Below are positions 32,335 to 42,249 of a stretch of DNA of 64,000 nucleotides, piece after piece. The stretch's first letter is position 1. Each line of letters starts with the position of its first letter. The translations under genes were made by a program, and so were the position numbers. Origin of the DNA: Candidatus Bathyarchaeia archaeon. Its GTDB lineage: Archaea; Thermoproteota; Bathyarchaeia; Bathyarchaeales; Bathycorpusculaceae. The stretch lies in NCBI GenBank assembly GCA_037481775.1, contig JBBFKZ010000009.1, positions 1-64,000 on the forward strand. Reading direction: 5' to 3'. The notes below the pieces were generated by a model. That model was not told where the DNA came from, ran no database searches, and saw only the letters and a program-made list of their open reading frames with translations.

Positions 32335-33438
32335 TTGATTCCTATTAATCTGCCAAAAATAGGCGAAGAAGAAATTGAAGCTGTTGTTAAAGTCATGAAA
32401 AGCGGCTTGCTCACGCATGGATTAGGCGCGGGACCCATGGTTACTCAGTTCGAGAAAAATTTTGCTAAATTCGCTGGTGTAAAATACGCTGTGGCCGTGA
32501 ATACCGGCACTGCAGCATTACATTCTGCTATCGTAGCGGCAGGTGTGCAGCAAGGTGATGAAGTAATTTTGCCAAGTTTCACTTTTGTAGCGACTGCTGA
32601 AGCTGTGGTTATGGCCGGGGGCAAACCTGTATTCGCCGACGTTGACCCTGAAACTTACAACATTTCTCCTGCAGAAATTGAAAAGAAGATAACGAAAAAG
32701 ACTAAGGCTATATTGCCTGTGGATATTTATGGTTTCTCAGCTGACATCAAGCCTATCCGAGAAATTGCTGCCGCCCATGGGTTAAGAGTTGTCGAAGACG
32801 CCGCTCAGGCACACGGCGCAACCTATGATGGGCAACCTGCAGGGTTTTTCGCGGATGCAGCTTGTTGGAGCCTTTATGCCAGCAAAAACATGACCACAGG
32901 TGAAGGTGGCGTTATAACCACGGACAACGCCGAGATGGCGGAGACGTTGCGGCTGATAAGAAATCATGGCGAGAAGACCAAGTACACTTCACTGATGCTT
33001 GGTTATAATTATCGAATGTCCGAAATTCAGGCTGCCATTGGTTTAGTGCAATTAGAAAAGTTGCCTAGCTTCATTGCCAAGCGTCGAGAAAACGCTAGGC
33101 GACTTACCAAACTGCTTGCAAAAACTGACCGTCTAAAGTTGCCAGAAGAAACCGATGAGAGGCGCCATAGCTGGTACCTTTACACTGTAAGGCTAAAAGA
33201 CGCCGCAGAGGCTAAGCGGAACAAAATTGTGGAAGAGCTACGACAGAAGGGCATAGGCGCCGAAGTCTACTATAGCACTCCAGTGCATCTCATGCCCTAC
33301 TACCGCGAGCGCTTTGGCAGATTTAGCCTTCCAGAGACCGAAAAGGCGGCAAAACAAGTTTTCTCCTTGCCCATCCACCCAAACGTAACAGAGGAGCAAG
33401 TAGACTACATCGGGGAGACGCTTCTGAAGCTTCTATAA
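32335..33438 (+). CDS. DegT/DnrJ/EryC1/StrS family PLP aminotransferase
   Basis: NTGTAALH, FTFVAT, EDAAQAHGA, SLYASKNMTTGEGG, GYNYRM. Confidence 0.93.
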   Translation: MIPINLPKIGEEEIEAVVKVMKSGLLTHGLGAGPMVTQFEKNFAKFAGVKYAVAVNTGTAALHSAIVAAGVQQGDEVILPSFTFVATAEAVVMAGGKPVFADVDPETYNISPAEIEKKITKKTKAILPVDIYGFSADIKPIREIAAAHGLRVVEDAAQAHGATYDGQPAGFFADAACWSLYASKNMTTGEGGVITTDNAEMAETLRLIRNHGEKTKYTSLMLGYNYRMSEIQAAIGLVQLEKLPSFIAKRRENARRLTKLLAKTDRLKLPEETDERRHSWYLYTVRLKDAAEAKRNKIVEELRQKGIGAEVYYSTPVHLMPYYRERFGRFSLPETEKAAKQVFSLPIHPNVTEEQVDYIGETLLKLL

Positions 33439-33509
33439 CCGTGCTTCAGCATTAAGGTTTATACCAAGCGCTTCCTTATTTTTCATTGCTATTTTCTGAG
33501 GTATCTGTA

Positions 33510-34838
33510 ATGCGAAAGAAAATCATAATTATGGGTGCCGCCGGACGGGATTTTCACAACTTTAACGTTCACTTCAAGGACAATAGTCACTACGAGGTAG
33601 TGGCGTTCACTGCAGCGCAGATTCCAGGCATACACTGCCGAATTTACCCGCCTGAGCTTGCTGGCCCTAGATATCCCGCTGGCATACCTGTTTATCCTGA
33701 GGAGATGCTGCCGCAATTAATAAGAGAGTTTGATGTTGACGAAGTTGTTTTTGCTTACAGTGACGTTTCCCATGAATATATCATGTGCAAGGCATCATTG
33801 GTTTTAGCTTGCGGCGCCGACTTCTGTTTAATGGGCGCTAAAAGCACCATGCTGAAAGCCGAAGTTCCCGTGATTTCTGTGTGCGCTGTCAGAACAGGCT
33901 CTGGGAAAAGCCAAACTTCCAGGCAAATTGCCAGATTTCTGAAAAGTAGAGGCTTAAAGGTTGTGGTAATTCGGCATCCTATGCCCTACGGCGATTTGAA
34001 AAGACAGATTTTACAGCGCTTCGCTTCTCATCAAGATTTGGCCAATTGCAAATGCACGATTGAGGAGCTAGAAGAATATGAGCCGCATGTAGAAAACGGA
34101 ATAGTTGTTTATGCTGGAGTAGATTACGGGAGAATTCTCAAAGAAGCCCAAAATGAAGCCGACATAATAATTTGGGATGGCGGCAATAATGACCTGCCCT
34201 TTCTCAAACCCGACTTGCACATAGTTCTGGCTGACCCGCATCGTGTTGGGCATGAATTGATTTATTATCCTAGTGCGGTTAACATACGGCTGGCAAATGT
34301 AGTTATCGTAAACAAGGTTGACACTGCTGATCCAGCCAAAGTTAAACAGGTAAAAGAAAACGTTAAGTCGCTTAACCCAGGCGTTATGATATTAGAAGCG
34401 GCGTCGCCCATAACTGTCGATAAACCTGAGCTAATTAGGGGAAGAAGAGTTTTGGTAATTGAGGACGGCCCAACAGTAACTCATGGCGATATGCCCTATG
34501 GGGCGGCGACTATTGCGGCGGAAAAGTTTGGGGCGAAAGAGCTTGTCAACCCGAAACCCTTCGCTGTAGGGTCGATAAAGGATACGTATGCTCAATATCC
34601 TCATTTGGGCGCGGTTCTTCCAGCAGTCGGTTACAGCGAAACGCAAATCGCAGAGCTTGAAGAAACAATCAACGCTACAGCCTGCGATGTTGTCTTGATC
34701 GGAACGCCCATCGACTTAGGGAGACTTATAAAAGTGAATAAACCCACTGTAAGAGTTAAATATGAACTTCAAATAATAAGTCCTGTTTGTCTCGAAGAGA
34801 TCCTGGAAGATTTCTTGAAGGATGTTGTGAAACATTGA
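33510..34838 (+). CDS. COG2403 P-loop NTPase (cPGS-like; probable arginine synthetase family)
   Basis: MGAAGRDFHNFN, RTGSGKS, RHPMPYGD, TIEE.EEYE, DGGNND, EDGPT. Confidence 0.8.
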   Translation: MRKKIIIMGAAGRDFHNFNVHFKDNSHYEVVAFTAAQIPGIHCRIYPPELAGPRYPAGIPVYPEEMLPQLIREFDVDEVVFAYSDVSHEYIMCKASLVLACGADFCLMGAKSTMLKAEVPVISVCAVRTGSGKSQTSRQIARFLKSRGLKVVVIRHPMPYGDLKRQILQRFASHQDLANCKCTIEELEEYEPHVENGIVVYAGVDYGRILKEAQNEADIIIWDGGNNDLPFLKPDLHIVLADPHRVGHELIYYPSAVNIRLANVVIVNKVDTADPAKVKQVKENVKSLNPGVMILEAASPITVDKPELIRGRRVLVIEDGPTVTHGDMPYGAATIAAEKFGAKELVNPKPFAVGSIKDTYAQYPHLGAVLPAVGYSETQIAELEETINATACDVVLIGTPIDLGRLIKVNKPTVRVKYELQIISPVCLEEILEDFLKDVVKH

Positions 34839-35218
34839 GTGGCGAGGAAAATATTTCACGGGTTAAAATACGATTCGTTATAGAAGGATTAGGCGAGGCA
34901 GAAGGTGAGCTCGTTAGGTTTCTAGCGCCCAGAACCATCGACACAATTGTTCGAAGGCTTCCTGTTGAGGGTAGAGCTGCCTTATGGAAAGAAGAGGTCT
35001 ACTTTGAAATTCCAGTTAAAATCGGAGAAGAAAAAGCTAAGCCTACCGTTGAAACAGGAACTATCGCCTTTTGGCCAATGGGAAGCGCTCTCTGTATATT
35101 CTATGGCCAATCGCAACCCTACAGCCCAGTGAATGTCCTAGGCAAGGTTACAAAAAATCTGGAGCTGTTTAAACAAGTTAAAAGTGGCACAACAATCAAG
35201 GTTGAGTTACTGGCTTAG
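34835..35218 (+). CDS. Cyclophilin-like fold protein (DUF369)
   Basis: APRT...LP.EG...WKEEVYF, GTIAFWPMGSALCIFYG, PVNVLGK; TTG start overlaps the upstream stop. Confidence 0.85.
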   Translation: MSGEENISRVKIRFVIEGLGEAEGELVRFLAPRTIDTIVRRLPVEGRAALWKEEVYFEIPVKIGEEKAKPTVETGTIAFWPMGSALCIFYGQSQPYSPVNVLGKVTKNLELFKQVKSGTTIKVELLA

Positions 35219-35694
35219 TACGCTATCGAACTGTCTCTCCACATTTGTAGCAATCGTTCGCACTCAGCCCTCACATTCGCATCTTGGGTTTTCTGTTTCA
35301 AAATCTCCAAGAATTCCATGCGTTTTTCAACTGAACGCTTTTCTGCGGTGCCTCCGTAATAGAGCTCGCCTTCCAAATATTCCTTCATTTGGCTGGCTTT
35401 TTGAATGAAAAGGCTTGCAGCGTCAACGGGGTTTTCAACTGCAAACTTGTTTGCCCATATCGCAACTTCTGTCTCGCGAAGTTGAGTTAATCCATCAATT
35501 TCAACAATTTCTCTGATGTAAGTTCTCAAGAAATCGTAGTACCCAGCAGTTTTTATTAATTCAAGAGTTTGGGATACTTTCTCCTTAAATTCAGGGCTTC
35601 CCTCCACTGCCAATTCATGCTTATAGCCGCTGTTTATGAGCTCTATTGCTGTTTTCACTTCTTTTTTTGTGTAGACTCGTTTTGGAAACTTCAA
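35215..35694 (-). CDS. Hypothetical protein
   Basis: ORF track; probable TTG start at 35694 after AGGAG; co-oriented with rps25e. Confidence 0.65.
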   Translation of the reverse strand: MKFPKRVYTKKEVKTAIELINSGYKHELAVEGSPEFKEKVSQTLELIKTAGYYDFLRTYIREIVEIDGLTQLRETEVAIWANKFAVENPVDAASLFIQKASQMKEYLEGELYYGGTAEKRSVEKRMEFLEILKQKTQDANVRAECERLLQMWRDSSIAY

Positions 35695-35753
35695 GCTGAA
35701 CAAACTCCTGTTACTCAAAAACAAGAACAGTAGATTTTATGCAATGTTAGATG

Positions 35754-36086
35754 CTAGGCGGCTTTTGGCTTGTATACCTTTATATTGTGACTTCCCGATA
35801 CTAACTCTACTACGCCGTTTTGCTCCAGCTCTTCCAAGAAGTCCTTGGCGGTGCTTATCCGAATGTTGAACTTTGAAGCTAAAGCGTAAGGCGTCAAAAC
35901 ATTCATCTTTTTTACTTCTCCGATAACTTTCTCGTTTTTTACGTCAGGAGGGATTACCGCTGCAGGCTTTTTTTCCTTCGGCGGACCTGCTTTTTCCTTC
36001 TTCTTCTCTGCTGCTTTTTCTTCTTCATCTTTTCTGGATTGCATGCGTTCCATTTGTTTTAGCCCAAGTTTCTTTTTTCCGCCCAT
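35754..36086 (-). CDS. rps25e: 30S ribosomal protein S25e
   Basis: MGGKKK basic N-terminus; LTPYALASKFNIRISTAKDFLEEL...IKVY winged helix. Confidence 0.92.
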   Translation of the reverse strand: MGGKKKLGLKQMERMQSRKDEEEKAAEKKKEKAGPPKEKKPAAVIPPDVKNEKVIGEVKKMNVLTPYALASKFNIRISTAKDFLEELEQNGVVELVSGSHNIKVYKPKAA

Positions 36087-36108
36087 TTTTCGTAACTCCT
36101 TTTCTGCA

Positions 36109-37599
36109 TTAGGCCAGTTGACTTATTTCAACTTTATGCTTGCTCTTCCACTCTTTGATGGGTATGCCCATTTTCCTTTCAACTTCAGCTCTATGTATAG
36201 AATTCATGGTGCAAAATGGTATTATGCGCCCGTCTGGCACTGCATAGTGAATGACGCAGCGTTGAACTCGTTCTAAGTCGAAGTTGTACGGATCCATGAA
36301 GTGCATGGCTGAAAGCAGAATCGCTTTTCTCTGCAGATCGCCTAGCGCTTTGTAGCTTCCTTCCGTTAAAACTCGCAGAAGATATTTTCTCAAAAAACTG
36401 AATTTCACATGCCTTAATGCCCCAAACAAGCGTATTTTGGCTTTGTTTTTGCTTCCTTTCGAGGCGTTTTCGTAAACTTTCCGCATGGTTTCAACGAACT
36501 TTTCCACGCTAGCATAGCGGGTAATCGGTATGATTTCGCCATCCTCAACAAACAGGTAGGTGGCCATGCCACAGTGTGGATGCGCCGTGAACTCTACATA
36601 ACGCTTGTCTTTTAGGGCACCAACCGCCTTTGAAACTGGCACAACAGTGGGCACAGGATAAAAGTCTGAAACTTTCACTTTGCCTCCTGTCTGTTCTTCA
36701 ACTAGCCGCATGAAATCAGTGATTGTGATGCGCATGCGGTCTCGTTCCTTTTGTGGAATACGCCCGCAAAGAGAGACCGGCTGCACATTTATGCATCTTA
36801 CAACATCGAAGTTTTTTACCGCAAAGTTTATGATGTCGCCTAGTTGTCCGTCATTGACGCCTTTCACCAGAGTGACTACTAAGACTATGCTGTGCAATCC
36901 TGCTTGGCGACAGTTTTCGATGGCCTTCATTTTCGTTTCCAGCAAGTCGACGCCGCGTATGAACTTGTAAACTTCGGATGTTAATCCGTCAAATTGCAGG
37001 TAGATGGTGCTTACGCCTGCCTCTTTCAGTTGCCTACAGTAATCAACGCTCTGCGCGAGTCGAAGACCGTTCGTATTTACTTCCACATGGCGGAACCCAA
37101 GTTCCTTTGCTTTTCGAACAAGGTCGAAGAGGTCGTTGCGGATTGTTGGTTCTCCGCCGCTGAACTGAAGCGCTGTTGCTGGCACTGGATCATTTGCACG
37201 TAGGTTCTCCAGCATTCTTGTGATTTCCTCGCGTGTAGGCTCGTACACGTAGCCTGCAGCAGCCGCGTTTGCAAAACAGACTGGGCACGTAAGATTGCAC
37301 CTATTGGTCACGTCAATTATTGCAAGCGCCGTGTGCGACTTATGTTCTGGGCATATGCCGCAGTCGTAGGGGCAGCCTTTCTCCTTTTTTGTACGCGGAT
37401 TATTCAAACCTTCGCCGTCATATCTGAGCTTTTCAACACGCAAGTACTGCTCATAATCGGACCAGTAAAGTTCTTGGAAAAAGCCGTGAGTAGGGCACTC
37501 TTTTTTAATGTAGACTTTGCCGTCGTCCTCAAAAATTGTGGCATCTAACACTTTCAAGCACTCGGGACAAATGCTCTTCGTGTTTTTAATCTTGTTCAT
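36109..37599 (-). CDS. tes: Radical SAM tetraether lipid synthase (Tes/GDGT-MAS family)
   Basis: N-terminal CPEC..CPTHG, CPYDCGICPEH, CNLTCPVC radical SAM motif, HPHCG, CVIHY..PDGRIIPFC. Confidence 0.88.
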   Translation of the reverse strand: MNKIKNTKSICPECLKVLDATIFEDDGKVYIKKECPTHGFFQELYWSDYEQYLRVEKLRYDGEGLNNPRTKKEKGCPYDCGICPEHKSHTALAIIDVTNRCNLTCPVCFANAAAAGYVYEPTREEITRMLENLRANDPVPATALQFSGGEPTIRNDLFDLVRKAKELGFRHVEVNTNGLRLAQSVDYCRQLKEAGVSTIYLQFDGLTSEVYKFIRGVDLLETKMKAIENCRQAGLHSIVLVVTLVKGVNDGQLGDIINFAVKNFDVVRCINVQPVSLCGRIPQKERDRMRITITDFMRLVEEQTGGKVKVSDFYPVPTVVPVSKAVGALKDKRYVEFTAHPHCGMATYLFVEDGEIIPITRYASVEKFVETMRKVYENASKGSKNKAKIRLFGALRHVKFSFLRKYLLRVLTEGSYKALGDLQRKAILLSAMHFMDPYNFDLERVQRCVIHYAVPDGRIIPFCTMNSIHRAEVERKMGIPIKEWKSKHKVEISQLA

Positions 37600-37707
37600 G
37601 TTTTTCACTATACCTTTTTTGGTAAACAAGTTTTCGAAGTGCTTAAGAATCGCAGTAGACATAATAATGTTTCCAACCGTTTCATAAGGTGATTGAGGGG
37701 AATTAAA

Positions 37708-38457
37708 GTGTCAATCAGCGATAGCATCCGCGAGATTCTACGGGAAATAGGCTTAAGCGCTTACGAGATTGACGCTTACACGGCGCTTATAGAGGGCGGG
37801 CGGATGACGGCATTGGAGATAAGCCGCGAGGCATCTGTTCCCTACTCAAAGATTTATGAGGTATTGAACACGCTTAAAGAGAAGGGCTGGATTAAAAGCT
37901 CGGAAAGGCGGCCTTTCAAGTATTATCCTGTCTCGCCTGTTGAGGCTATGGCGTTCACTAAACTCAAATTTGAAGACAAATATCAAGGCTGGGAAAGAGC
38001 TATAGCTGAAGAGCTGCAGCCTCTGTATGAAAAGCAGGCGCTGGTGGAGCGCGCTGATCTGCTTTTACTGCACGGGCAGCAAGCAGTTCTCGCCAAGCTT
38101 GAGGAGGTTCTCAAGAAAGCCACAAAGGAAATTATGGTTGCCACTCCTGAATTTGCAAGACCCATAATGGCGTCTGCGGAACCGCTGCTCGGCATGATCA
38201 AAAAGACGGTGAACGTTAAGCTTATGGTGGCTGGAAAAACCGAGGACTGGCTTTTCCTAAAAAGGTTCGCTGGCATAAGCGAGCTACGGGTTAGAGATCA
38301 CATGTTCGGCGGAGGCATAATTGCGGACAGCAAAGAAGCCATGCTCTTCCTCGGAGAAGACAAACCCAGCTTAGTCATATGGAGCAATCATGTGGGTCTG
38401 GTGGGTTTTGCGCGGGAATATTTCCAGTTTCTATGGGACTCGTCAGCAAAAGCTTAG
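37708..38457 (+). CDS. TrmB family transcriptional regulator
   Basis: IGLSAYE..AY.AL, TALEISREASVPYSKIYEVL..L.EKG, RPFKY; start GTG 37708 or TTG 37693. Confidence 0.9.
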   Translation: MSISDSIREILREIGLSAYEIDAYTALIEGGRMTALEISREASVPYSKIYEVLNTLKEKGWIKSSERRPFKYYPVSPVEAMAFTKLKFEDKYQGWERAIAEELQPLYEKQALVERADLLLLHGQQAVLAKLEEVLKKATKEIMVATPEFARPIMASAEPLLGMIKKTVNVKLMVAGKTEDWLFLKRFAGISELRVRDHMFGGGIIADSKEAMLFLGEDKPSLVIWSNHVGLVGFAREYFQFLWDSSAKA

Positions 38458-38602
38458 TGTAATGATGCAATGTAGTGCAAAATGGCTTCTGAGCATAGCG
38501 TGTTAATGGCTCCTACTAGGCAGTCTAGCTACTTTTAATTGCTTAAAGCATAAATATTGTTGGCGCTATACCTTTAGCTTGCCAAAAAAGGAGAATAGGA
38601 GA

Positions 38603-41128
38603 ATGATGAAGAAAAAGATAGCTGTTGCTTTAACTGTCGCGCTTGTATTTGCTATGATTGCTCCGTTTTCCATAATGCCCTTGGCTGAAGCACAAGCAGC
38701 TCGCAGAGTAAAAACCTACCCCTACATTGGGGCAGTACCTAACCCCGCGCAAGTTGGCAAACCAATAATGCTTCATGTCGGCATATCGCTACCTGCAACT
38801 TGGCCACAGACAGGCCACAAAGGACTTACGGTGACGATTGAAAGGCCAGATGGCAAAGTTGACACTTTGGGCCCAATTAATACGGATACAACAGGCGGTA
38901 CCGGCGTAACTTATGTGCCCACAATCACTGGAACCTACTATGCGCAAGTGCATTTTCCTGAGCAAGCTTTGGAAGTAGCTGTTTTAGGCTTGCCCGCGGG
39001 AACAATACTCGAAGCGTCGGACAGTGACAAGCTCCAAATCATCGTGCAGGAGGAGCCGCTTGAGTACTGGCCCAGCGTCCCGCTTCCAAGCGAATTCTGG
39101 AGCCGCCCAATAAACGCGCAATTCAGAGAATGGAATGTGATAGCTGGAAACTGGCTATACTCGAAAGGCTACTTCATTGACATGGATACACCTGGCAATG
39201 AAGACGCGCCAGAGGCGCCGCACATACTTTGGGCTAAGCCCTTAGTGAAAGGCGGCTTAGGCGCACTTGGCGGAGGCTTGGTCGGCATTAACGTTGGCGA
39301 ACACGCGTTTGAAGACGGCGACGCTTACGAAGGATTGTTCCTGCCACCAGTCATAATCGCCGGCGTGCTATACTTCAACAGATACAAGAGTATCGGTGAC
39401 ACAGCAGTTGAGCAAGAGGTCGTTGCTGTTGATCTACGCACTGGCGAAGAATTGTGGGTTAGAAACTGGAACAACACAAGACTGGCTTTTGGTCAAACTT
39501 TCTACTGGGACGGATTCAACTATCACGGTGTATTCGCTTATCTCTGGGCAACTGTGGGCACGACATGGTACGCTTATGAAGCTGCAACAGGTCGCTGGGT
39601 GTACACCATGACTAACGTGCCTGCTTCAGGCGCCAACATATACGGACCAAACGGCGAAATAATCAGATACACCGTCAACTTGGCACAGGGCTGGATGACG
39701 AAGTGGAATTCTGCCGCAGTAATCAGCGCATACTGGGCTACTGACCCCAACAACCCAGGTTGGGGTTCATGGCGACCACAAGGCAAAGTAATCAACGCTA
39801 CTGGATCGGTTCCAGTGACTTCTGTTACGCCGCTCGGCTTAAACGGCTATGAATGGAACGCAACCATACCAAGAGGCCTGCCTGGAAGCGTTGTCGCATA
39901 TCTCGAAGACCGCGTCTTAGGCACAAACTTTGCCAGCGGCTCGCTCGCGCCGAGCACCATGGTTATGTGGGGAATAAGCGCCAAAACTGAATCGAAAGGA
40001 CAGTTGCTCTTTAATGTAACATGGACGCCACCGAGGCCTGATGCACGCTATAGGCTAGAGGCAGCCAGCGTCAAAGACGGCATATTCGTCGTAGTTTGCT
40101 TGGAGACTACTGAGAAATGGGCTTTCGACATTAACACTGGCAGGCAACTTTGGGGACCCACAGAGAAGCAGGATTACAAGGATGCATGGTCTTACGCCTC
40201 AGGATACTCCTGGGACTTCATATACAATGGCAAATACTACGCAGCGGGCACTGGCGGCTCAGTGTACTGTTACGACGCAAAAACTGGCAACCGCCTTTGG
40301 ACCTACAACTTCAAAGACCGATATCATGACTTCTTATTCGGCAACAACTGGTTCATCTACACAGCATTTATTGCTGATGGAAAGCTCTACTTCAACTACG
40401 CCGAGCACTCGCCAGGCGATCCGAAAGAACGTGGCTCCGAAATGGTCTGCATTGACGCGGAGACAGGCGAAGAAATCTGGCGTCTCAATTACTACGGCAC
40501 TGTCTGGGGAGGAAAACCTGTAATCGGCGATAGCATAATAGCTTGCTTAAACTCATACGACTCCCGCGTATATGCCATCGGCAAAGGTCCAAGTGCAACG
40601 ACCGTCTCAGCGTCGCCTGAAATCGCCACACATGGAAGCAAAGTGCTTGTAAAAGGCACAGTCACCGACATCTCTCCAGGAACAGATGATGTGGCCATCA
40701 AGAAGCGGTTCCCTAATGGTGTGCCTGCTGTTGCTGACGAGTCAATGAGCGCCTGGATGGAATACGTCTACATGCAGTTCTCATGTCCTGCGAACGTTAA
40801 GGGCGTCGAGGTCATCATTGAAGTGCTTGATCCGAACGGCAACTATTACGAGGTTGCCAAGGCAACCACAGATGGCAGCGGCTTCTACAGCGCTACTTTC
40901 GAACCGCCAGTTCCAGGCAAATACACAATCGTCGCCAGATTCGCAGGCTCCAAGGCCTACTATGGCTCGCACGCTGAAACCGCCATAGTCGTTGAGGAAG
41001 CTCCACCTGCTACGCCAGAAGCCACGCCTGCTCCTCAGGCGCCTGTTGAAACATACTTCGCCATCTCCACTGTTGCTATCATAATTGCAATCGCCGTCGC
41101 CGTTACATTATTACTGAGGAAACGGTAA
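38603..41128 (+). CDS. Secreted, C-terminally anchored PQQ-like beta-propeller protein (paralog 1)
   Basis: Signal peptide (KKKIAVALTVAL...AEA); repeats AVDLRTGEELW, AFDINTGRQLW, CYDAKTGNRLW, CIDAETGEEIW; C-terminal TM + RKR. Confidence 0.85.
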   Translation: MMKKKIAVALTVALVFAMIAPFSIMPLAEAQAARRVKTYPYIGAVPNPAQVGKPIMLHVGISLPATWPQTGHKGLTVTIERPDGKVDTLGPINTDTTGGTGVTYVPTITGTYYAQVHFPEQALEVAVLGLPAGTILEASDSDKLQIIVQEEPLEYWPSVPLPSEFWSRPINAQFREWNVIAGNWLYSKGYFIDMDTPGNEDAPEAPHILWAKPLVKGGLGALGGGLVGINVGEHAFEDGDAYEGLFLPPVIIAGVLYFNRYKSIGDTAVEQEVVAVDLRTGEELWVRNWNNTRLAFGQTFYWDGFNYHGVFAYLWATVGTTWYAYEAATGRWVYTMTNVPASGANIYGPNGEIIRYTVNLAQGWMTKWNSAAVISAYWATDPNNPGWGSWRPQGKVINATGSVPVTSVTPLGLNGYEWNATIPRGLPGSVVAYLEDRVLGTNFASGSLAPSTMVMWGISAKTESKGQLLFNVTWTPPRPDARYRLEAASVKDGIFVVVCLETTEKWAFDINTGRQLWGPTEKQDYKDAWSYASGYSWDFIYNGKYYAAGTGGSVYCYDAKTGNRLWTYNFKDRYHDFLFGNNWFIYTAFIADGKLYFNYAEHSPGDPKERGSEMVCIDAETGEEIWRLNYYGTVWGGKPVIGDSIIACLNSYDSRVYAIGKGPSATTVSASPEIATHGSKVLVKGTVTDISPGTDDVAIKKRFPNGVPAVADESMSAWMEYVYMQFSCPANVKGVEVIIEVLDPNGNYYEVAKATTDGSGFYSATFEPPVPGKYTIVARFAGSKAYYGSHAETAIVVEEAPPATPEATPAPQAPVETYFAISTVAIIIAIAVAVTLLLRKR

Positions 41129-41143
41129 ACCTGCAAAAATCGC

Positions 41144-41168
41144 ACAAAACTCATTTCCCCTTTTTTTC
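41144..41168 (+). terminator. Oligo-T terminator of PQQ paralog 1
   Basis: AAAACTCATTTCCCCTTTTTTTC shortly after the stop; similar tract after paralog 2. Confidence 0.6.
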
Positions 41169-41306
41169 GGGTTATTTCTGCGTCAAGCTTTGAGGTGCTG
41201 AGTGGACTTTAGGCATTAATTGAAGCTGCAGTAGCAGAATGTTGTGTTATCTTTCAAGATATAGTGTATCTTCTACAGAATCTATCAAGGGCATTGTTGC
41301 AATTTG

Positions 41307-41585
41307 CTATTTGTAGGTGATGCCCATTTGTTTCATGAAGTTGAGAACTTTCTCATACTCTTCAAGATACCTTTTTCCCTTTTCTGTTAACTTAAGCGAG
41401 GTCTCATCTTGAATCAAACCGAGTTGATTAAGTTCTGAAATGTATATTTTCAGCCTATCAAAGGGGACTCTCATTTGCATTTGAATGTGTGTTAGCACTA
41501 TCTTTTCCTTTTTACCTTCGTTGTAAAGTATTGATAAGAGGTCACCGTAGATTTTCAGTCTGTCTCTCCGCGCAATCTTTTTCAT
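41307..41585 (-). CDS. Small archaeal winged-helix regulator
   Basis: RRDRLKIYGDLL...THI.....FDRLKIYISEL..GLI....LTEKGKRYL; start overlaps the end of the upstream membrane gene. Confidence 0.85.
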   Translation of the reverse strand: MKKIARRDRLKIYGDLLSILYNEGKKEKIVLTHIQMQMRVPFDRLKIYISELNQLGLIQDETSLKLTEKGKRYLEEYEKVLNFMKQMGITYK

Positions 41586-42249
41586 TTAACCGCCCCTTTT
41601 CAGTACTATAGAAGGCTTTGTATGAAACAAATAGAAAGATGGCAAGGCTAGCCCAGCGAATTGCTAGTGCCGAAAAAAATGCAAAAATACTGTTGTCAAC
41701 AATCCAAATTAATAGCGAATATTGGCTTATTCCTAGGAGAATGTACGCTAATGGGATCCATATGGTTCCCGGGGTTGGCGCTTCTATGTGGCTTCTAAGC
41801 GTGTGAGCACAGATATACAGGATGCAGCACAGATTAAAAATTCGGATAACAACACTTGTAAGTTGATAGCTGGGTAATGCATCGATAGGAAGGTTGAGCA
41901 AAAGTGCTAAAGTTGCTATAAGCCCAACAGTTAATGTTGCTATAGTGCTATTCCAAAGCAATTTTGACTTTGTCTCTTTCCCTGAAAAGTAGTAGGTCAT
42001 TGTTAGAAACATAAATGCGAATGCTCTTACGACAAGTTGAAGATACAGTGTTTGTCGGCCAAAAATGTATGGTTGGAAATATGAAAAGGAGGAGAAGGCG
42101 TATGTTGCTCCAAGAAATCCAAATCCGAGAGGTAACCCTAGATATCTGCTTTCTCTGGTGATTTGATAGGGTTTAATCATGAATTTTACGAGAATAAAAC
42201 AGAGAATAGCCGAGATCGCTTCGTATGCGATTCGTATTTCATCATACAT
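41542..42249 (-). CDS. Multi-pass (about 7 TM) membrane protein, possible sensor
   Basis: About seven hydrophobic segments with short loops; overlaps the wHTH gene. Confidence 0.75.
   Translation of the reverse strand: MYDEIRIAYEAISAILCFILVKFMIKPYQITRESRYLGLPLGFGFLGATYAFSSFSYFQPYIFGRQTLYLQLVVRAFAFMFLTMTYYFSGKETKSKLLWNSTIATLTVGLIATLALLLNLPIDALPSYQLTSVVIRIFNLCCILYICAHTLRSHIEAPTPGTIWIPLAYILLGISQYSLLIWIVDNSIFAFFSALAIRWASLAIFLFVSYKAFYSTEKGRLNEKDCAERQTENLR

Noticed and set aside
41542-42249. Rhodopsin call for the 7TM protein
   Set aside because: No retinal-binding Lys motif (DxxxK or SxxxK) within the last helix.
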